Source: a virus
Lineage: Duplodnaviria > Caudoviricetes
IMG/VR virus record: IMGVR_UViG_3300043775_003319
Location: 1-59,030 of that record
Direction: 5' to 3' (one strand)
Length of the DNA stretch: 59,030 bases
A model generated the notes under the pieces. It was not told the DNA's origin, did no database searches, and was given only the letters and a program-made list of their open reading frames with translations. Shown piece by piece: positions 28,166 through 39,600 of the stretch. Both the position numbers and the translations under genes were made by a program. Within the stretch, counting starts at the first letter, position 1. Each line of letters starts with the position of its first letter.

Positions 28166-28837
28166 ATGATAACAATAGGTGAAGTACTTTCGAGAGTACG
28201 TAATCAAATAAAAGCAGTAAAGCAGGATGCTTTTCTTACAGATAGATTTTTATATTCTATGGTAATGAAGCATGCTAAAATGCTTGTGCGCAGACAAGAT
28301 ATACAAAATAGAATTATGAAATTCAACAGTGTATTTCAAGTGTTGAATTACGTTGAACTTATTGAAGTAGACCGTGCAGAATCTAAATGCCATTGTATTA
28401 CATCTGGTTGTACATTTAAACGTACAAAAAATAAATTGCCAAACATGATGGAAGGACACTGGGGACCTATTTTTAGATCTGTAACTTCATTGGATTTGTC
28501 AGAAGAAGTATCACCTACCTATCCTAATATTTATGAAAAAATGTCTAATCAAAAAACATTTAAGTATAATAAAAAGAAATACTATTGGTTTATGGATGGA
28601 CATGTTTATTTTCCAAATTTAGAATGGGATGCTGTAAGAATTGAAGGTGTGTTTGAAGGTGATATTAGCGGATACAACTGCGACACTGAAGACGATTGTA
28701 TGTATATACAAGACAAAAATTTTGCTATTCCTGAATATTTATATGCAGAAATTGAACAAAATGTTATTAAAGATTTAGGAGCAATGATGGCTGTACCATC
28801 TGATCCTCAACAAGATAATAGAAACATTATTAATTAA
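28166..28837 (+). CDS. Tail ring/tubular protein
   Basis: 223 aa with TIGEVLSRVR...YYWFMDGHVYF...FAIPEYL; position in the tail module. Confidence 0.65.
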   Translation: MITIGEVLSRVRNQIKAVKQDAFLTDRFLYSMVMKHAKMLVRRQDIQNRIMKFNSVFQVLNYVELIEVDRAESKCHCITSGCTFKRTKNKLPNMMEGHWGPIFRSVTSLDLSEEVSPTYPNIYEKMSNQKTFKYNKKKYYWFMDGHVYFPNLEWDAVRIEGVFEGDISGYNCDTEDDCMYIQDKNFAIPEYLYAEIEQNVIKDLGAMMAVPSDPQQDNRNIIN

Positions 28838-28845
28838 AATGTATC

Positions 28846-29949
28846 ATGGCATTAACTGAACCACAATATAGAACTTTTGATGATCTTTTAGACAGTGTAA
28901 AAATTGATTTATATACATGGGATCTTGAAGGATTAATAACACCACAACAACTTATTAAAGTTGCAATACGTGTAAATTATGATTTAGGATTACGTATTAA
29001 TCAGTCGCGTTCTAAAGCAATTGAAATACACAAAGGAAAAGGAAAGCTTCCTCAAGACTTTTATGTATTAAATTTTGGATTAGTTTGTGAAGAACATTAT
29101 ACTGAAGAAATACCTACATATAATAAAACATACACTGAAGGTATTTTAGAAGGTGTTACTCTTGCTCAAAATTTTTTAGCAGATAAATTTGTTAATCAAT
29201 CTACTACCATAATGGATATTGTGCAAGGCATTAATATTATTAATCATCAATTACATACGCAAAACATTATTGTACAAGCATTTGGTTCTGACGGTGTAGC
29301 GTTAGATTTTGATATTAATATTATTGATTCTGAAAACATAAGTATTATATCCGAATCAAGTGTTACTATTACAAATGTTAAAGTAATAATAATGGGTGCA
29401 AAAATTAGTACAATGGGTACTGGTTCAGGTTCATGTCCTGCTTTACTTGATTGCACTGCAGATGGCACACCTCGTGTTCATTATGTTACAAATGGAAAAA
29501 GAACAGATAGCAAAAGTCTTATTCCTTTAAGAATGCAAAAATCTAAATCTATATCTGATGATTGTTTTAATTTAAACGCAAAAGGAAGATATGACGCATA
29601 TTTAAAAAATGGATTTATTCATACTAATTTTGATGAAGGTGTTATTTATATTAATTATCAATCTTTAATGGAAGATGATGATGGTAATTTACTTGTATTA
29701 GATCATCCTTATTGTAATGAGTATTATGAATATGCATTAAAGCAACGTGTTTATGAAAATTTATTTATGAGTGGTGAAAGTGTTTCCAATCATTTACAAC
29801 TTATGGAACAAAAGTTAAGAGGAGCACGTGCAAACGCTTTATCATTTGTAAACACTCCAGATTTTGCAGAAATGAAAAAAGTTTGGGAAATGAATAGAAA
29901 AGCACAATATCATAATTATTATAACATGTTTAAAAGTTATATGTACTAA
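28846..29949 (+). CDS. Tail ring/tubular protein with an internal insertion
   Basis: LPQDFY...YLKNGFIHTNFDEGVIYINY...DDDGNLLVLD; directly precedes the stabilisation gene. Confidence 0.7.
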   Translation: MALTEPQYRTFDDLLDSVKIDLYTWDLEGLITPQQLIKVAIRVNYDLGLRINQSRSKAIEIHKGKGKLPQDFYVLNFGLVCEEHYTEEIPTYNKTYTEGILEGVTLAQNFLADKFVNQSTTIMDIVQGINIINHQLHTQNIIVQAFGSDGVALDFDINIIDSENISIISESSVTITNVKVIIMGAKISTMGTGSGSCPALLDCTADGTPRVHYVTNGKRTDSKSLIPLRMQKSKSISDDCFNLNAKGRYDAYLKNGFIHTNFDEGVIYINYQSLMEDDDGNLLVLDHPYCNEYYEYALKQRVYENLFMSGESVSNHLQLMEQKLRGARANALSFVNTPDFAEMKKVWEMNRKAQYHNYYNMFKSYMY

Positions 29950-29952
29950 GAC

Positions 29953-32900
29953 ATGGCAGAAGAAACAAAAAATACAGGAAATCCACAATTGATTAACAGC
30001 TTTATCAAAGGCATGGTAAAAGACAATACAGATGTCTATATACCAGAAGGCGTTTGGACAAATGCTATTAATGCAATTAATAATTCACACACAGGTGAAT
30101 TAGGTGCGATAGGAAACGAACAATCAAATTTATATTGTACAACTTTTCCATACACTGTAATAGGTGTAATTAATAAATATAAAACAGAATGGGTTATATT
30201 TAGTACAAATAACATTGACTCTGAAATAGGAGTTTTTGATGAGGCTACATGTACCTATACTAAAAAAGTAAACGATAAATGTTTAAATTTTAGTACTTAT
30301 AATTTAATTACAGGAGCTGTCAAAATGAATTATGATGGTTCATATTCTGTTTATTGGCAAGATAATTTGAATCCTGATCGTGTAATGAATTTGGATGATG
30401 ATAAGATACCATATGTTTGCACAACACCTACAATAACTGTAGATAAAATTTGGAACAATTATACAGTTACAAGAGCTGCTCAAGCTAATCCTTGTGGTCA
30501 ATCTACTAATTCAGGAGGTCCTGGTGTAACAAATACTGTACATTCACTTGGTGATAGTTACGGTGTTGTTACAATAGATTACGAAATGTACACTGTTAAA
30601 GATAAACTTGAAGTGTGGTTTGATGCAGACCCTGCAACAGATCCTCCTACAGCAACAACAAGTGTTCCTGTATCAGGAACCGGTACAGTAACTTTTAATA
30701 AATTTACGTCAACTTCTACTTGCTATGTAAGAGTAACAGGACCTAACAATACAGAATGGAAATATACTGTAAATTGTCCAGTTGTTACAGCAACTACTCC
30801 TCCTATGCCTGTAATACCAACAGGTATATTTTACACAGATACTTCTAATAATATTGTAGAAGTTCCTTCATTAGGATACGGTCAATCTATTACTATATGC
30901 GCTTTGGCACAAAGTATTGATATTGTAAACATTGTAAATGGATATACTATATCTGCTCCATTAGCAATCTGTAACGAGGTTCATGATACAATTCCTGATC
31001 CTGATGCTTGTGGTGCAAAAATTTGTACTGACCAATTAGATTGTGACGCTTTAAGATTACATCCTTTAGTAAAACAGCCTTGTGTTACAATAAATAAATC
31101 AAAAGGTAGTGGTCAATTAAACAATGGTTCTTATCAGGCTGTTATTGCATATTCTGAGAAAGGTATTAAACTTACTGATTACAGTATGCCAAGTAATATT
31201 CAATCATTATGGGATCATACTGGAATGGGTGGATCTTTAGATATTACAATTGACAATATTGATAAAAACTTTGAAGAATACGAGTTAGTAATAATTGCTA
31301 CAATTAATCAACAATCTGTTGCAAAAAAGATTGGTTACTACTCAACAGAACAAACAAAGGTTCATTTAGATTTATACAATGCTTCGTTAATAACAGTGGA
31401 GTTATCACTTATACCTGTTAAAAATGTAGTGTATGAAAAAAGTGAAAAAATGTTTGATGTAAACGGTTATTTAGTACGTTCTGCTTTAACTACACAACCC
31501 TTTTTTAATTATCAACCTTTAGCAAATAATATAAAATGCAATTGGGTTGCTGTTCAATATCCTGCAAGTTATTATTGGGATGGTGGAAATGAAACAGGTT
31601 ATTATAGAGACGAAGTGTATCCATTTTTTATAAGATGGGTTTATAAAACAGGTGCTAGATCAGCATCTTTTCACATACCTGGTAGAGCATCTTTACCAAG
31701 TGATCTTACAGTATTACCTGTTACAAATCCTGATTTAATAGATCCAACACGAAGAAAATATTGGCAAGTGTATGACACGTCTACTATTACAAGCATGGCT
31801 ACAGATGATAGAAACGATGGAGGTCTTATAATTGCTCGTGGTGACATGGCATATTGGGAATCTACAGAATTATATCCAAATAGTCATCCTGAAATATGGG
31901 AGGATTTATGTAATAAACCTATAAGACATCATAAGATGCCTTCTAATGAAACTATTCATATTCATGACATAACTGGTAATTATATAAATGTATTAGGGGT
32001 AGAGTTTACAAATATTAAACACCCTGTAGATTTAGATAATAATCCTATTCTTGATATTGTAGGATATGAAATACTTAGAGGATCACGTGAAGGAAACAGA
32101 AGTATATTGGCAAAAGGTCTTTTTAACAATATGGTTCAATACGACATGCAAAATAATGTAACTCAAAAAGGATTGTTTCAAAACTATCCTTATAATGACG
32201 TTACTACACCTGATCCGTTTTTATTGTCTTCTAATAATTTAGAAGTACAAAATGATATATTTTCATTTCACTCGCCTGAAAACAATTTAGTAAAACCTTA
32301 CATGGGTTCTGGTGGACATATAAAAATGTATACAGAAGAACTAGGTAATTCTGAAACATATGGTTTAATACCTTACAAACATCCTAAATTTAAGTACATA
32401 CACGAAGATATATTTGCAGCAAGTGCTGTTATTGCAACAGGTATTGCACTTTTAACATTGTTTGGAAAACAATCAAGTTCTTATACAACAACTGCTCATA
32501 CAAGCACAGGTGGTGAAATTTGGGTAGGTTCTGCATTAGCAGGGTATGTTGTAAATAGAATTCCTACAGTTAATTTTGATACTTCTACTACAAATCAAAG
32601 TGAAGGAGGACTTTCGTCAACTGGTGCAACAATGGTTGTAAATCAAATATCAGCAGGTGCTGACGCTGCATTTAGTGGAGGAACAGGTTTTGCAAAATAT
32701 GCAGCTATTTTTACAACTATTGTTCAAGCAGCATTACAAGCAGAAATGACTTTTATTCAATCATTACAAACAATGATTGATATTATTTATAACATTATTA
32801 ATTACAACGACTATGTTGTACAATTAAATAGTCATGCGTTTTATAATTCTTACTCTAATGTTGTAAACACAAACACTCCATCTTTATTAAAACCTTCTAT

Positions 32901-35667
32901 TACAAGACCTGTTGCTTCTCAAGGTGCAAAATATGTTAGCTCAGGACTTCAAGATTTTAATTCTACACAAAGAATTAACAACTTAAATAGAAATAAATTT
33001 TTGGCAGTGCAGTCTAAAACAGATATTCCTAATACGTATAACGTTGATGATTCTAAACAATTATTATCAGACACCGATAACATTAGTAAAATATATACAA
33101 CAAAAACTGCATCTTATTACGGAGCAATAAAAGTAGATTACGAAAATCAATATGGACAACTGTACTCTATTGTGCAAATTCCTGTTAATTCTTGTGTATA
33201 CGAAACACTTGACGATGTTACGTTATCACACACAACTTCTCAAATATTTGGTGGTGATATTTATATAAATAGATATACAGAAAAAAATACATATTATTTT
33301 TATAATACATGGTTGATTGATGTACCAAATGGTACAGAATGGAATTACCAAAATTATGTAAATGGTCCTACACCTGTTTATTGGTTAAATTCTAAAAGAT
33401 ATCAAGCTACAGATTTTGATATATCATTAGACTGGGGTTTAATACCTGAATTTGAATTTGATACACCTAGTGATTATTATAATTTACATGGTAAAAAATC
33501 AACAGGACAACTTATACGTTCAAGTTTTAAAAACGCTTGGATGTACTTGTCTTACAATGGTGTTAGAGATTTTTTTACTGAATCTGAATTAAACGTTGCA
33601 TTTAGAGATTATGGTGAAGAACCTTGGGAAAAATTTTATGATCCTGTTGGTAATTCTTTTACTGATTTAGACACAATGTTTAGAAGCGATATTATAACAA
33701 AACCTGTTTATTATGAATATGACTTGTCACTTAGCGCATCGAAATTATACAGTAACTTTGCTTCATGGGCAAATATTTTACCAAGGGACTATGATCCAAC
33801 CCTCTATACCAGCTACTTTGAATACTACCCACGAAGAATTGTGTATTCATTACAGCAACAAGAAGGACTTAAAAGAGACAACTGGAGAAATTATTTACAA
33901 AATAACTATAGAGACTTTGACGGAAAAATAAGTACTATAAAAACTTTAAATGCTCAAGGCGCAATAATGTTATTTGAAGATATTGAACCTACACAATTTG
34001 TAGGTGTTGATACTTTTGAATCACAAGGAGGTGTAAAATATACAATAGGTGACGCAGGTTTGTTTCAACAAAATATGCAATCTCTTGTAAATGCTGATGA
34101 TGCTTTTGCTTATGGTACATGTATATCAAGTAAATCAGCTGTAAATACACCATATGGTTTATTTTGGGTATCACAACAAACAGGAAAAATTATTAATTAT
34201 TCAGGTGGAGGAATGGATGAAATTTCTAAAGACGGAATGAAACACTGGTTTTTAGAAAATCTTCCGTCACCACTTTTAAAAAAATATCCTGATTTTAAAT
34301 TGTATGATAATGTAATTGAAGGTATATCTGTGCAATCAATTTTTGATTCTCAATATGATCTTTTATATTTTACTAAAAAAGATTATGTACCTAAACCAGA
34401 GTTTGATGAAATAATTGATTGTTTAGTTTATATTAATGGTGAAGGATATTTTATTAATCAATCTGAATGTGATGGTCAAGGATATTTACAAACTTGTCCA
34501 CAAGGTTATACACTTGTTGCTGGTGAATGTCAAAAAACAAACATTACAAATATATGTAGTGAAGGATACACTTATAATTCTGTAACAAATAAATGTGAGG
34601 CTACAATACGTGTAGCAGCAACATGTTGTAATACAGTGGCTCCTGTTGCAAATGCTTCTCAAAGTTTTTGTTCTGGTAAAACAGTTGCTGATTTACAAGC
34701 TGTTGGACAAAGTTTAAAATGGTATTTACTACCTGTAGGGGGTACTGCATTATTGTCAACAGATGTTTTAACAAATGCTACATATTATGTTTCACAAACA
34801 ATAAGTGGTTGCGAAGGTCCAAGATCTGCAGTAATTGTATCTTTGATTGTTGTTGCACCTCCTACAGCAACTTCTTTACAAGAATTTTGTTTAGCAGGTC
34901 GTACAGTTGCTGATTTAGTTGCTACAGGAAATTCTATTAAATGGTACGCTGCAGCGACAGGAGGTTCTGCTTTAAGCAGTAGTACATTACTAGTAGATGG
35001 TCAAACTTATTATGCAACACAAACTGTAAATGGTTGTGAAAGTGCAAGAAAAGCAGTAACTGTAAATATAAATGCAATTGAATGGGCAGCTAAAAACTTA
35101 GAGGTTACTACTTATAGAGATGGCACACCAATACCACAAGTTACTGATGCAACACAATGGGCAAATCTTACCACTGGCGCATGGTGTTATTATGAACATA
35201 ATTCTGCTAATGGTCCTGTGTATGGTAAACTGTATAATTGGTATGCTGCAGTAGGAATACATAATTCTGCATCATTGACAGATCCTTCGTTAAGAAAACA
35301 AATTGCACCTGTTGGATATCGTGTACCTACAGAAGCTGAATACACTACATACATAAACTGTTTAGGTGGAATATATATTGCAGGTGGTAAAATGAAAGAA
35401 ACAGGTCTTGCACATTGGAATAGTCCTAACGAAAGTGGTACTAATTCTAGTGGTTTTACAGGTGTAGGAAATGGTTTTAGACCTGAAGGAAATTCTCATG
35501 TTTTTGCAAGATTAAAAGAATGGGCGCAATTATGGATTACTGATTATGATGCTAGTCAAACCACACAACCTGCTAAAGTTTTGAGTTTACAATATGATTA
35601 TGCAATTGTAGGTTTTAGCAGAAGAAATCCTAAATTTGGTGCAGGAATTAGATGTATAAAAGAATAA
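29953..35667 (+). CDS. Tail stabilisation (muzzle, P22 gp10-like) protein, N-terminal part, with appended Ig-like and FISUMP domains
   Basis: FIKGMVKD, YWQDNLNPDRVMNL, YYRDEVYPF, IRHHKMP, FGGDIYINRY and NTPYGLFWV; the C-terminus carries YGKLYNWYA...GYRVPT...IRCIKE. Confidence 0.82.
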   Translation: MAEETKNTGNPQLINSFIKGMVKDNTDVYIPEGVWTNAINAINNSHTGELGAIGNEQSNLYCTTFPYTVIGVINKYKTEWVIFSTNNIDSEIGVFDEATCTYTKKVNDKCLNFSTYNLITGAVKMNYDGSYSVYWQDNLNPDRVMNLDDDKIPYVCTTPTITVDKIWNNYTVTRAAQANPCGQSTNSGGPGVTNTVHSLGDSYGVVTIDYEMYTVKDKLEVWFDADPATDPPTATTSVPVSGTGTVTFNKFTSTSTCYVRVTGPNNTEWKYTVNCPVVTATTPPMPVIPTGIFYTDTSNNIVEVPSLGYGQSITICALAQSIDIVNIVNGYTISAPLAICNEVHDTIPDPDACGAKICTDQLDCDALRLHPLVKQPCVTINKSKGSGQLNNGSYQAVIAYSEKGIKLTDYSMPSNIQSLWDHTGMGGSLDITIDNIDKNFEEYELVIIATINQQSVAKKIGYYSTEQTKVHLDLYNASLITVELSLIPVKNVVYEKSEKMFDVNGYLVRSALTTQPFFNYQPLANNIKCNWVAVQYPASYYWDGGNETGYYRDEVYPFFIRWVYKTGARSASFHIPGRASLPSDLTVLPVTNPDLIDPTRRKYWQVYDTSTITSMATDDRNDGGLIIARGDMAYWESTELYPNSHPEIWEDLCNKPIRHHKMPSNETIHIHDITGNYINVLGVEFTNIKHPVDLDNNPILDIVGYEILRGSREGNRSILAKGLFNNMVQYDMQNNVTQKGLFQNYPYNDVTTPDPFLLSSNNLEVQNDIFSFHSPENNLVKPYMGSGGHIKMYTEELGNSETYGLIPYKHPKFKYIHEDIFAASAVIATGIALLTLFGKQSSSYTTTAHTSTGGEIWVGSALAGYVVNRIPTVNFDTSTTNQSEGGLSSTGATMVVNQISAGADAAFSGGTGFAKYAAIFTTIVQAALQAEMTFIQSLQTMIDIIYNIINYNDYVVQLNSHAFYNSYSNVVNTNTPSLLKPSITRPVASQGAKYVSSGLQDFNSTQRINNLNRNKFLAVQSKTDIPNTYNVDDSKQLLSDTDNISKIYTTKTASYYGAIKVDYENQYGQLYSIVQIPVNSCVYETLDDVTLSHTTSQIFGGDIYINRYTEKNTYYFYNTWLIDVPNGTEWNYQNYVNGPTPVYWLNSKRYQATDFDISLDWGLIPEFEFDTPSDYYNLHGKKSTGQLIRSSFKNAWMYLSYNGVRDFFTESELNVAFRDYGEEPWEKFYDPVGNSFTDLDTMFRSDIITKPVYYEYDLSLSASKLYSNFASWANILPRDYDPTLYTSYFEYYPRRIVYSLQQQEGLKRDNWRNYLQNNYRDFDGKISTIKTLNAQGAIMLFEDIEPTQFVGVDTFESQGGVKYTIGDAGLFQQNMQSLVNADDAFAYGTCISSKSAVNTPYGLFWVSQQTGKIINYSGGGMDEISKDGMKHWFLENLPSPLLKKYPDFKLYDNVIEGISVQSIFDSQYDLLYFTKKDYVPKPEFDEIIDCLVYINGEGYFINQSECDGQGYLQTCPQGYTLVAGECQKTNITNICSEGYTYNSVTNKCEATIRVAATCCNTVAPVANASQSFCSGKTVADLQAVGQSLKWYLLPVGGTALLSTDVLTNATYYVSQTISGCEGPRSAVIVSLIVVAPPTATSLQEFCLAGRTVADLVATGNSIKWYAAATGGSALSSSTLLVDGQTYYATQTVNGCESARKAVTVNINAIEWAAKNLEVTTYRDGTPIPQVTDATQWANLTTGAWCYYEHNSANGPVYGKLYNWYAAVGIHNSASLTDPSLRKQIAPVGYRVPTEAEYTTYINCLGGIYIAGGKMKETGLAHWNSPNESGTNSSGFTGVGNGFRPEGNSHVFARLKEWAQLWITDYDASQTTQPAKVLSLQYDYAIVGFSRRNPKFGAGIRCIKE

Positions 35668-35683
35668 TATAAAAAATAAAAAA

Positions 35684-36625
35684 ATGGCTTGCACATGTCC
35701 AGATCCTAGTTGTACACAAGTAGTAATCAATAGTATTACATATTGTGATTGCGTTGTTAGTGTTTCTCCACAAATATGTCCTCCAGGATGTATTACAAGT
35801 GTTGAAACAAACGAGTGTTTATGTACAGAAACAGTTGATCCTATTAGTAATCCTGTATTAATACCTATTGATATTAAAGATTATTTAGAAGAAATTCGAT
35901 GGACAATAAGTTATGATCCAAAAATAAAAACATGGTTATCATTTCATGATTGGCATCCTGAATGGCTGGTTCCTTCTTTTAATCATTTTTTAACAATTAA
36001 GACTACAGGTTCACAAACACCTGTTACAAAAATTTGGAGACACAACGTTAGAAAAGATAGTTTTGCAAATTACTATGACCAAAATTTTCCATGGGAAATA
36101 GAATTTCCTATTGTAACACCGAACACAATAACAACCTTGAGAAGTTTTGAATATACACTTGATGTGTATAAATACTTTAACAATGGTAAAGATTTTAATC
36201 ACGCATTAGATGAAAACTTTGATAGAGCTATTATTTATAATTCTGAACAAAACAGTGGGTTATTAAAATTAAATTTAAAATCAAAAAATAATCCTTTGTC
36301 TTTATTAAATTATCCAATCGTTAATAATTTTGATATTGATATACAGTACAGCAAAGAAGAAAATAAGTTTAGATTTAATCAATTTTACGATGTTACTAAT
36401 GATAGAGGTGAGTTTTCAGGAAACAATGTTCCGATGTGGGTGACACAAGAAGATGGTTATCATAAAAACTTTAACGTTCCTTATTATAATTTTAACAAAG
36501 CGCCTTTAGAGCATAAAAAGTTTAGACATTATGGTAATAAAGTCATTTTGCGAAAAAACATAAGCAATGATAAAAAAATGATTCTTAAATTTGTTAATAA
36601 TAAATACTTAATAAGTCCAAGGTAA
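35684..36625 (+). CDS. Probable C-terminal part of the stabilisation protein encoded as a separate gene
   Basis: After a Cys-rich leader it continues with WTISYDP...WLSFHDWHP...FDRAIIYNSEQNSG...FRFNQFYD. Confidence 0.7.
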   Translation: MACTCPDPSCTQVVINSITYCDCVVSVSPQICPPGCITSVETNECLCTETVDPISNPVLIPIDIKDYLEEIRWTISYDPKIKTWLSFHDWHPEWLVPSFNHFLTIKTTGSQTPVTKIWRHNVRKDSFANYYDQNFPWEIEFPIVTPNTITTLRSFEYTLDVYKYFNNGKDFNHALDENFDRAIIYNSEQNSGLLKLNLKSKNNPLSLLNYPIVNNFDIDIQYSKEENKFRFNQFYDVTNDRGEFSGNNVPMWVTQEDGYHKNFNVPYYNFNKAPLEHKKFRHYGNKVILRKNISNDKKMILKFVNNKYLISPR

Positions 36626-39600
36626 TGGCTACAAACAAAGACATATTGATGAAATTCATCACAGGACAAGTTGAAAAAACTCGTCAGGATGTATCTGAAA
36701 AAGGATATAAAGATAATTCACCTTATAAAAACAATCCTTCAAACACTATTTATGGTACACCGGAAGGAACATCTATAACAATGAAAGGTGTGAGTACTCC
36801 TCTTATTGGTATAGATGAGTTTGGTAATAAGCAATACATGGAGCCTGGACAAGAATATTTCTTTCCAGGTTCTCAAGTTACCGAAACACCTTTTGCAAAA
36901 TATGGAGGATTGCTTAACAAAACAGTTACATGTTCTAATTGCGGTTGGTCATGGAAAGCTGCTAATGGAGGTAATGATGTTTCTACTTGTCACAAATGTG
37001 GTAATGAAAACAAAATAATGCAAACAGGTGGTGAAGCGGATTTTAACAAAGTAAAAGAATGGTATAATAATTATATAGATTCGCCACTGTATAAAAGAAA
37101 TTTAGAAAATTCAGGATACCCTGATGTTGACAAAGTAATTGAACAAAGAAAGTCAAATATAGGTAAAACAGAATTTTTAAATGATGAAAACAAATTTGGT
37201 ACATACTACCAACCTAATACTAATGTAATTCATTACTCTCCTGAAAAAGATTCAGAAATTTGGTCTAAAGATTATGATTCTGTTTTACCAACTGATTCTG
37301 TATTAGCACATGAATTTGGACATGCTGTTTTAGATAATAGTAAAACTTTTTTTGGAAGACAGACACCTGCTTATAATAGATACGACTATCAACAATTAGA
37401 GTCAAGAAATAAAGATAGAAAAATATCAAGAGGCGCTAATGAAAACTATGCTGATCAAAAAGCGTTACAATACGAGGCTGCAAAACTTAACATTTATAAA
37501 CCTGGTTATGAAGAGTTTACAAAAGAACATTTAGAAGCATTACCTTCTGATGTTAAAGAAAGAGCTTTAAAAAATTATTCAGAAGAAGATCTTATTTGGT
37601 TAATGAACAACATTGCTCAAAATGACAATGATGTAAATAATAATTTATCTCTTGCTCAAACAGGAGGTGAGCAAATGTTCAATGTTTCATTAAATGAACC
37701 AATGATAATACCTTCTCAAGGCAGTTATCCTTTAAGTTATAAAGATAGAGGTGATAGAGATACTGATGGCACTTTGTTTACATCTGCTAAAAAAGTAAGT
37801 AGAGTAGATGAAAATGGTAAACCTTTATCTGCACCTCAGATTAGAGAAAATCAATTAATGTGGAATATGCAAAAACTTGCGTATAGTCCTTATCAACAGT
37901 CTTTTAATATTTGGAAAAACAATGCTCAGAATAGTGCTCAAGGTTTTTATAATCCTCGTGAGTACTCTAAATATTTAAGTAAAATAAATTCTGGTCCTGA
38001 TGTAGGATTAGATGGATTATGTGATCCTAATTTTTCATCTACTAAATGTGGTACTTCTAAACAACATGCAAAGGAAGATAAAAAAGAATGGTCTAAAAAA
38101 CAATTTGGAGGTGACTTATACTCAGATTATAATCTTCCTATTGCTCAAGATGGCGGAAGAGCTACAAGAGCTGATAGTCTTGCTTTATATAATAATAGTG
38201 TAAAAGTAGAATCTTATTATAATAATAAAAATTATAAAAATGATCATGTAAATTATCATCAAAATCCTTATGCTCATAAAATGAATGATGATGAAGTTAA
38301 AGAGTTTAAACATAGAGGCAGCAGAGCCCAAGTTCCTACTAAAAACAATGAATCAACAGAAATTAAACTTCCTAATAACATTTATAGAAAAGATATAGAT
38401 AAAAATAAATATTTACAAAGAGAATTGGCTACTAGGATTTTAGACACTCGAGCACCAATGCAATTATTTGATAGAAGAATAACCCCAACATCTTTTAAGT
38501 CTTTTAAAAATATTAATGAAAATGATATAATGGATGGAGATGCTATAACTTTATCTGGATATGATCCTATTTCTGTAAAACCATTTGATTTATTGACAGA
38601 AAAAGAAAAAAAACTTAGAATTGAAAGATATGGTATGGATGGTGTACCTAAAAGTTATTTATCTAAAAAATCAATAAAAAAAGAAACAGATAAACCTATT
38701 AAAGTTAAACCAGAACTGCAACCAAGAGTGGAAGCTATAAACTTATCACTAATGCAAAATCAAGATCCATCGTTCCCTAAACAAGAACTGGATTTGATAA
38801 GACCTATACAAGCTCCTAAATCTTATAATGTTAATATGCAAAGATATAACATGAAAGGACCTAGTGATTATTATCAAGCTAATGAAGAAGGTGTTGATTA
38901 TCAAAGAGCTATGGAAATCAAAGCTGCTTCAGATGCATATAACAAATACATACAAGAAAAGTATGGTAATGAAGATGCTCTTAAAAATCCAAAAGCTGTA
39001 GAGAGATTAAAACAGTTAAGAAGTGAATTTAACATAGAATCTAATTATAAATTTGGAGGAGATTTGTATCAATATCAAAACGGTTCTCAAACATGGGATA
39101 AACAAAAACAAAATCTTAAAAATGAAAAATTAGAAAAATTAAAAAGATTATTAAGTTTACCAGATCCTGTTTTTAAAGCAAAAACTTTTGAAGAAAAAGT
39201 TGCTGAAAAAATGGAACAAGAAAAATATAAAACTACTTCTAAAGATAACACTACTGTAAGAAATTATAATAATGCTAATAAACATTCTAATGCTGCAAGA
39301 AATAAAACAAACAAAGAATTTGCAGATGAAAGACAAGCAAAAATAGATGCACAAGTTCAAGCAAACAAACAACCTTTTGATTGGAACAATTTTAGACAGT
39401 CTTTGTCAGATAGAAGTCAGGCAACAGGAGATGCTATGAGAATATCAAATGAACCTAACTTTTTTGATGATTATATAAATCCTGCAGTAATGATAGGAAG
39501 TATGGCAGATAATTTAGGTCAGGCACCTTTAAGAGCGCAACAAGAAGATTCTTATATGCCTTATGTAACATCTGTTGGAGCACCTTTGCTTACAGGTGCT

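Noticed and set aside
35077-35667. Diversity-generating retroelement target in the C-terminal FISUMP domain
   Set aside because: No reverse transcriptase and no template repeat differing at adenines is visible in this window; one elsewhere in the genome cannot be excluded.
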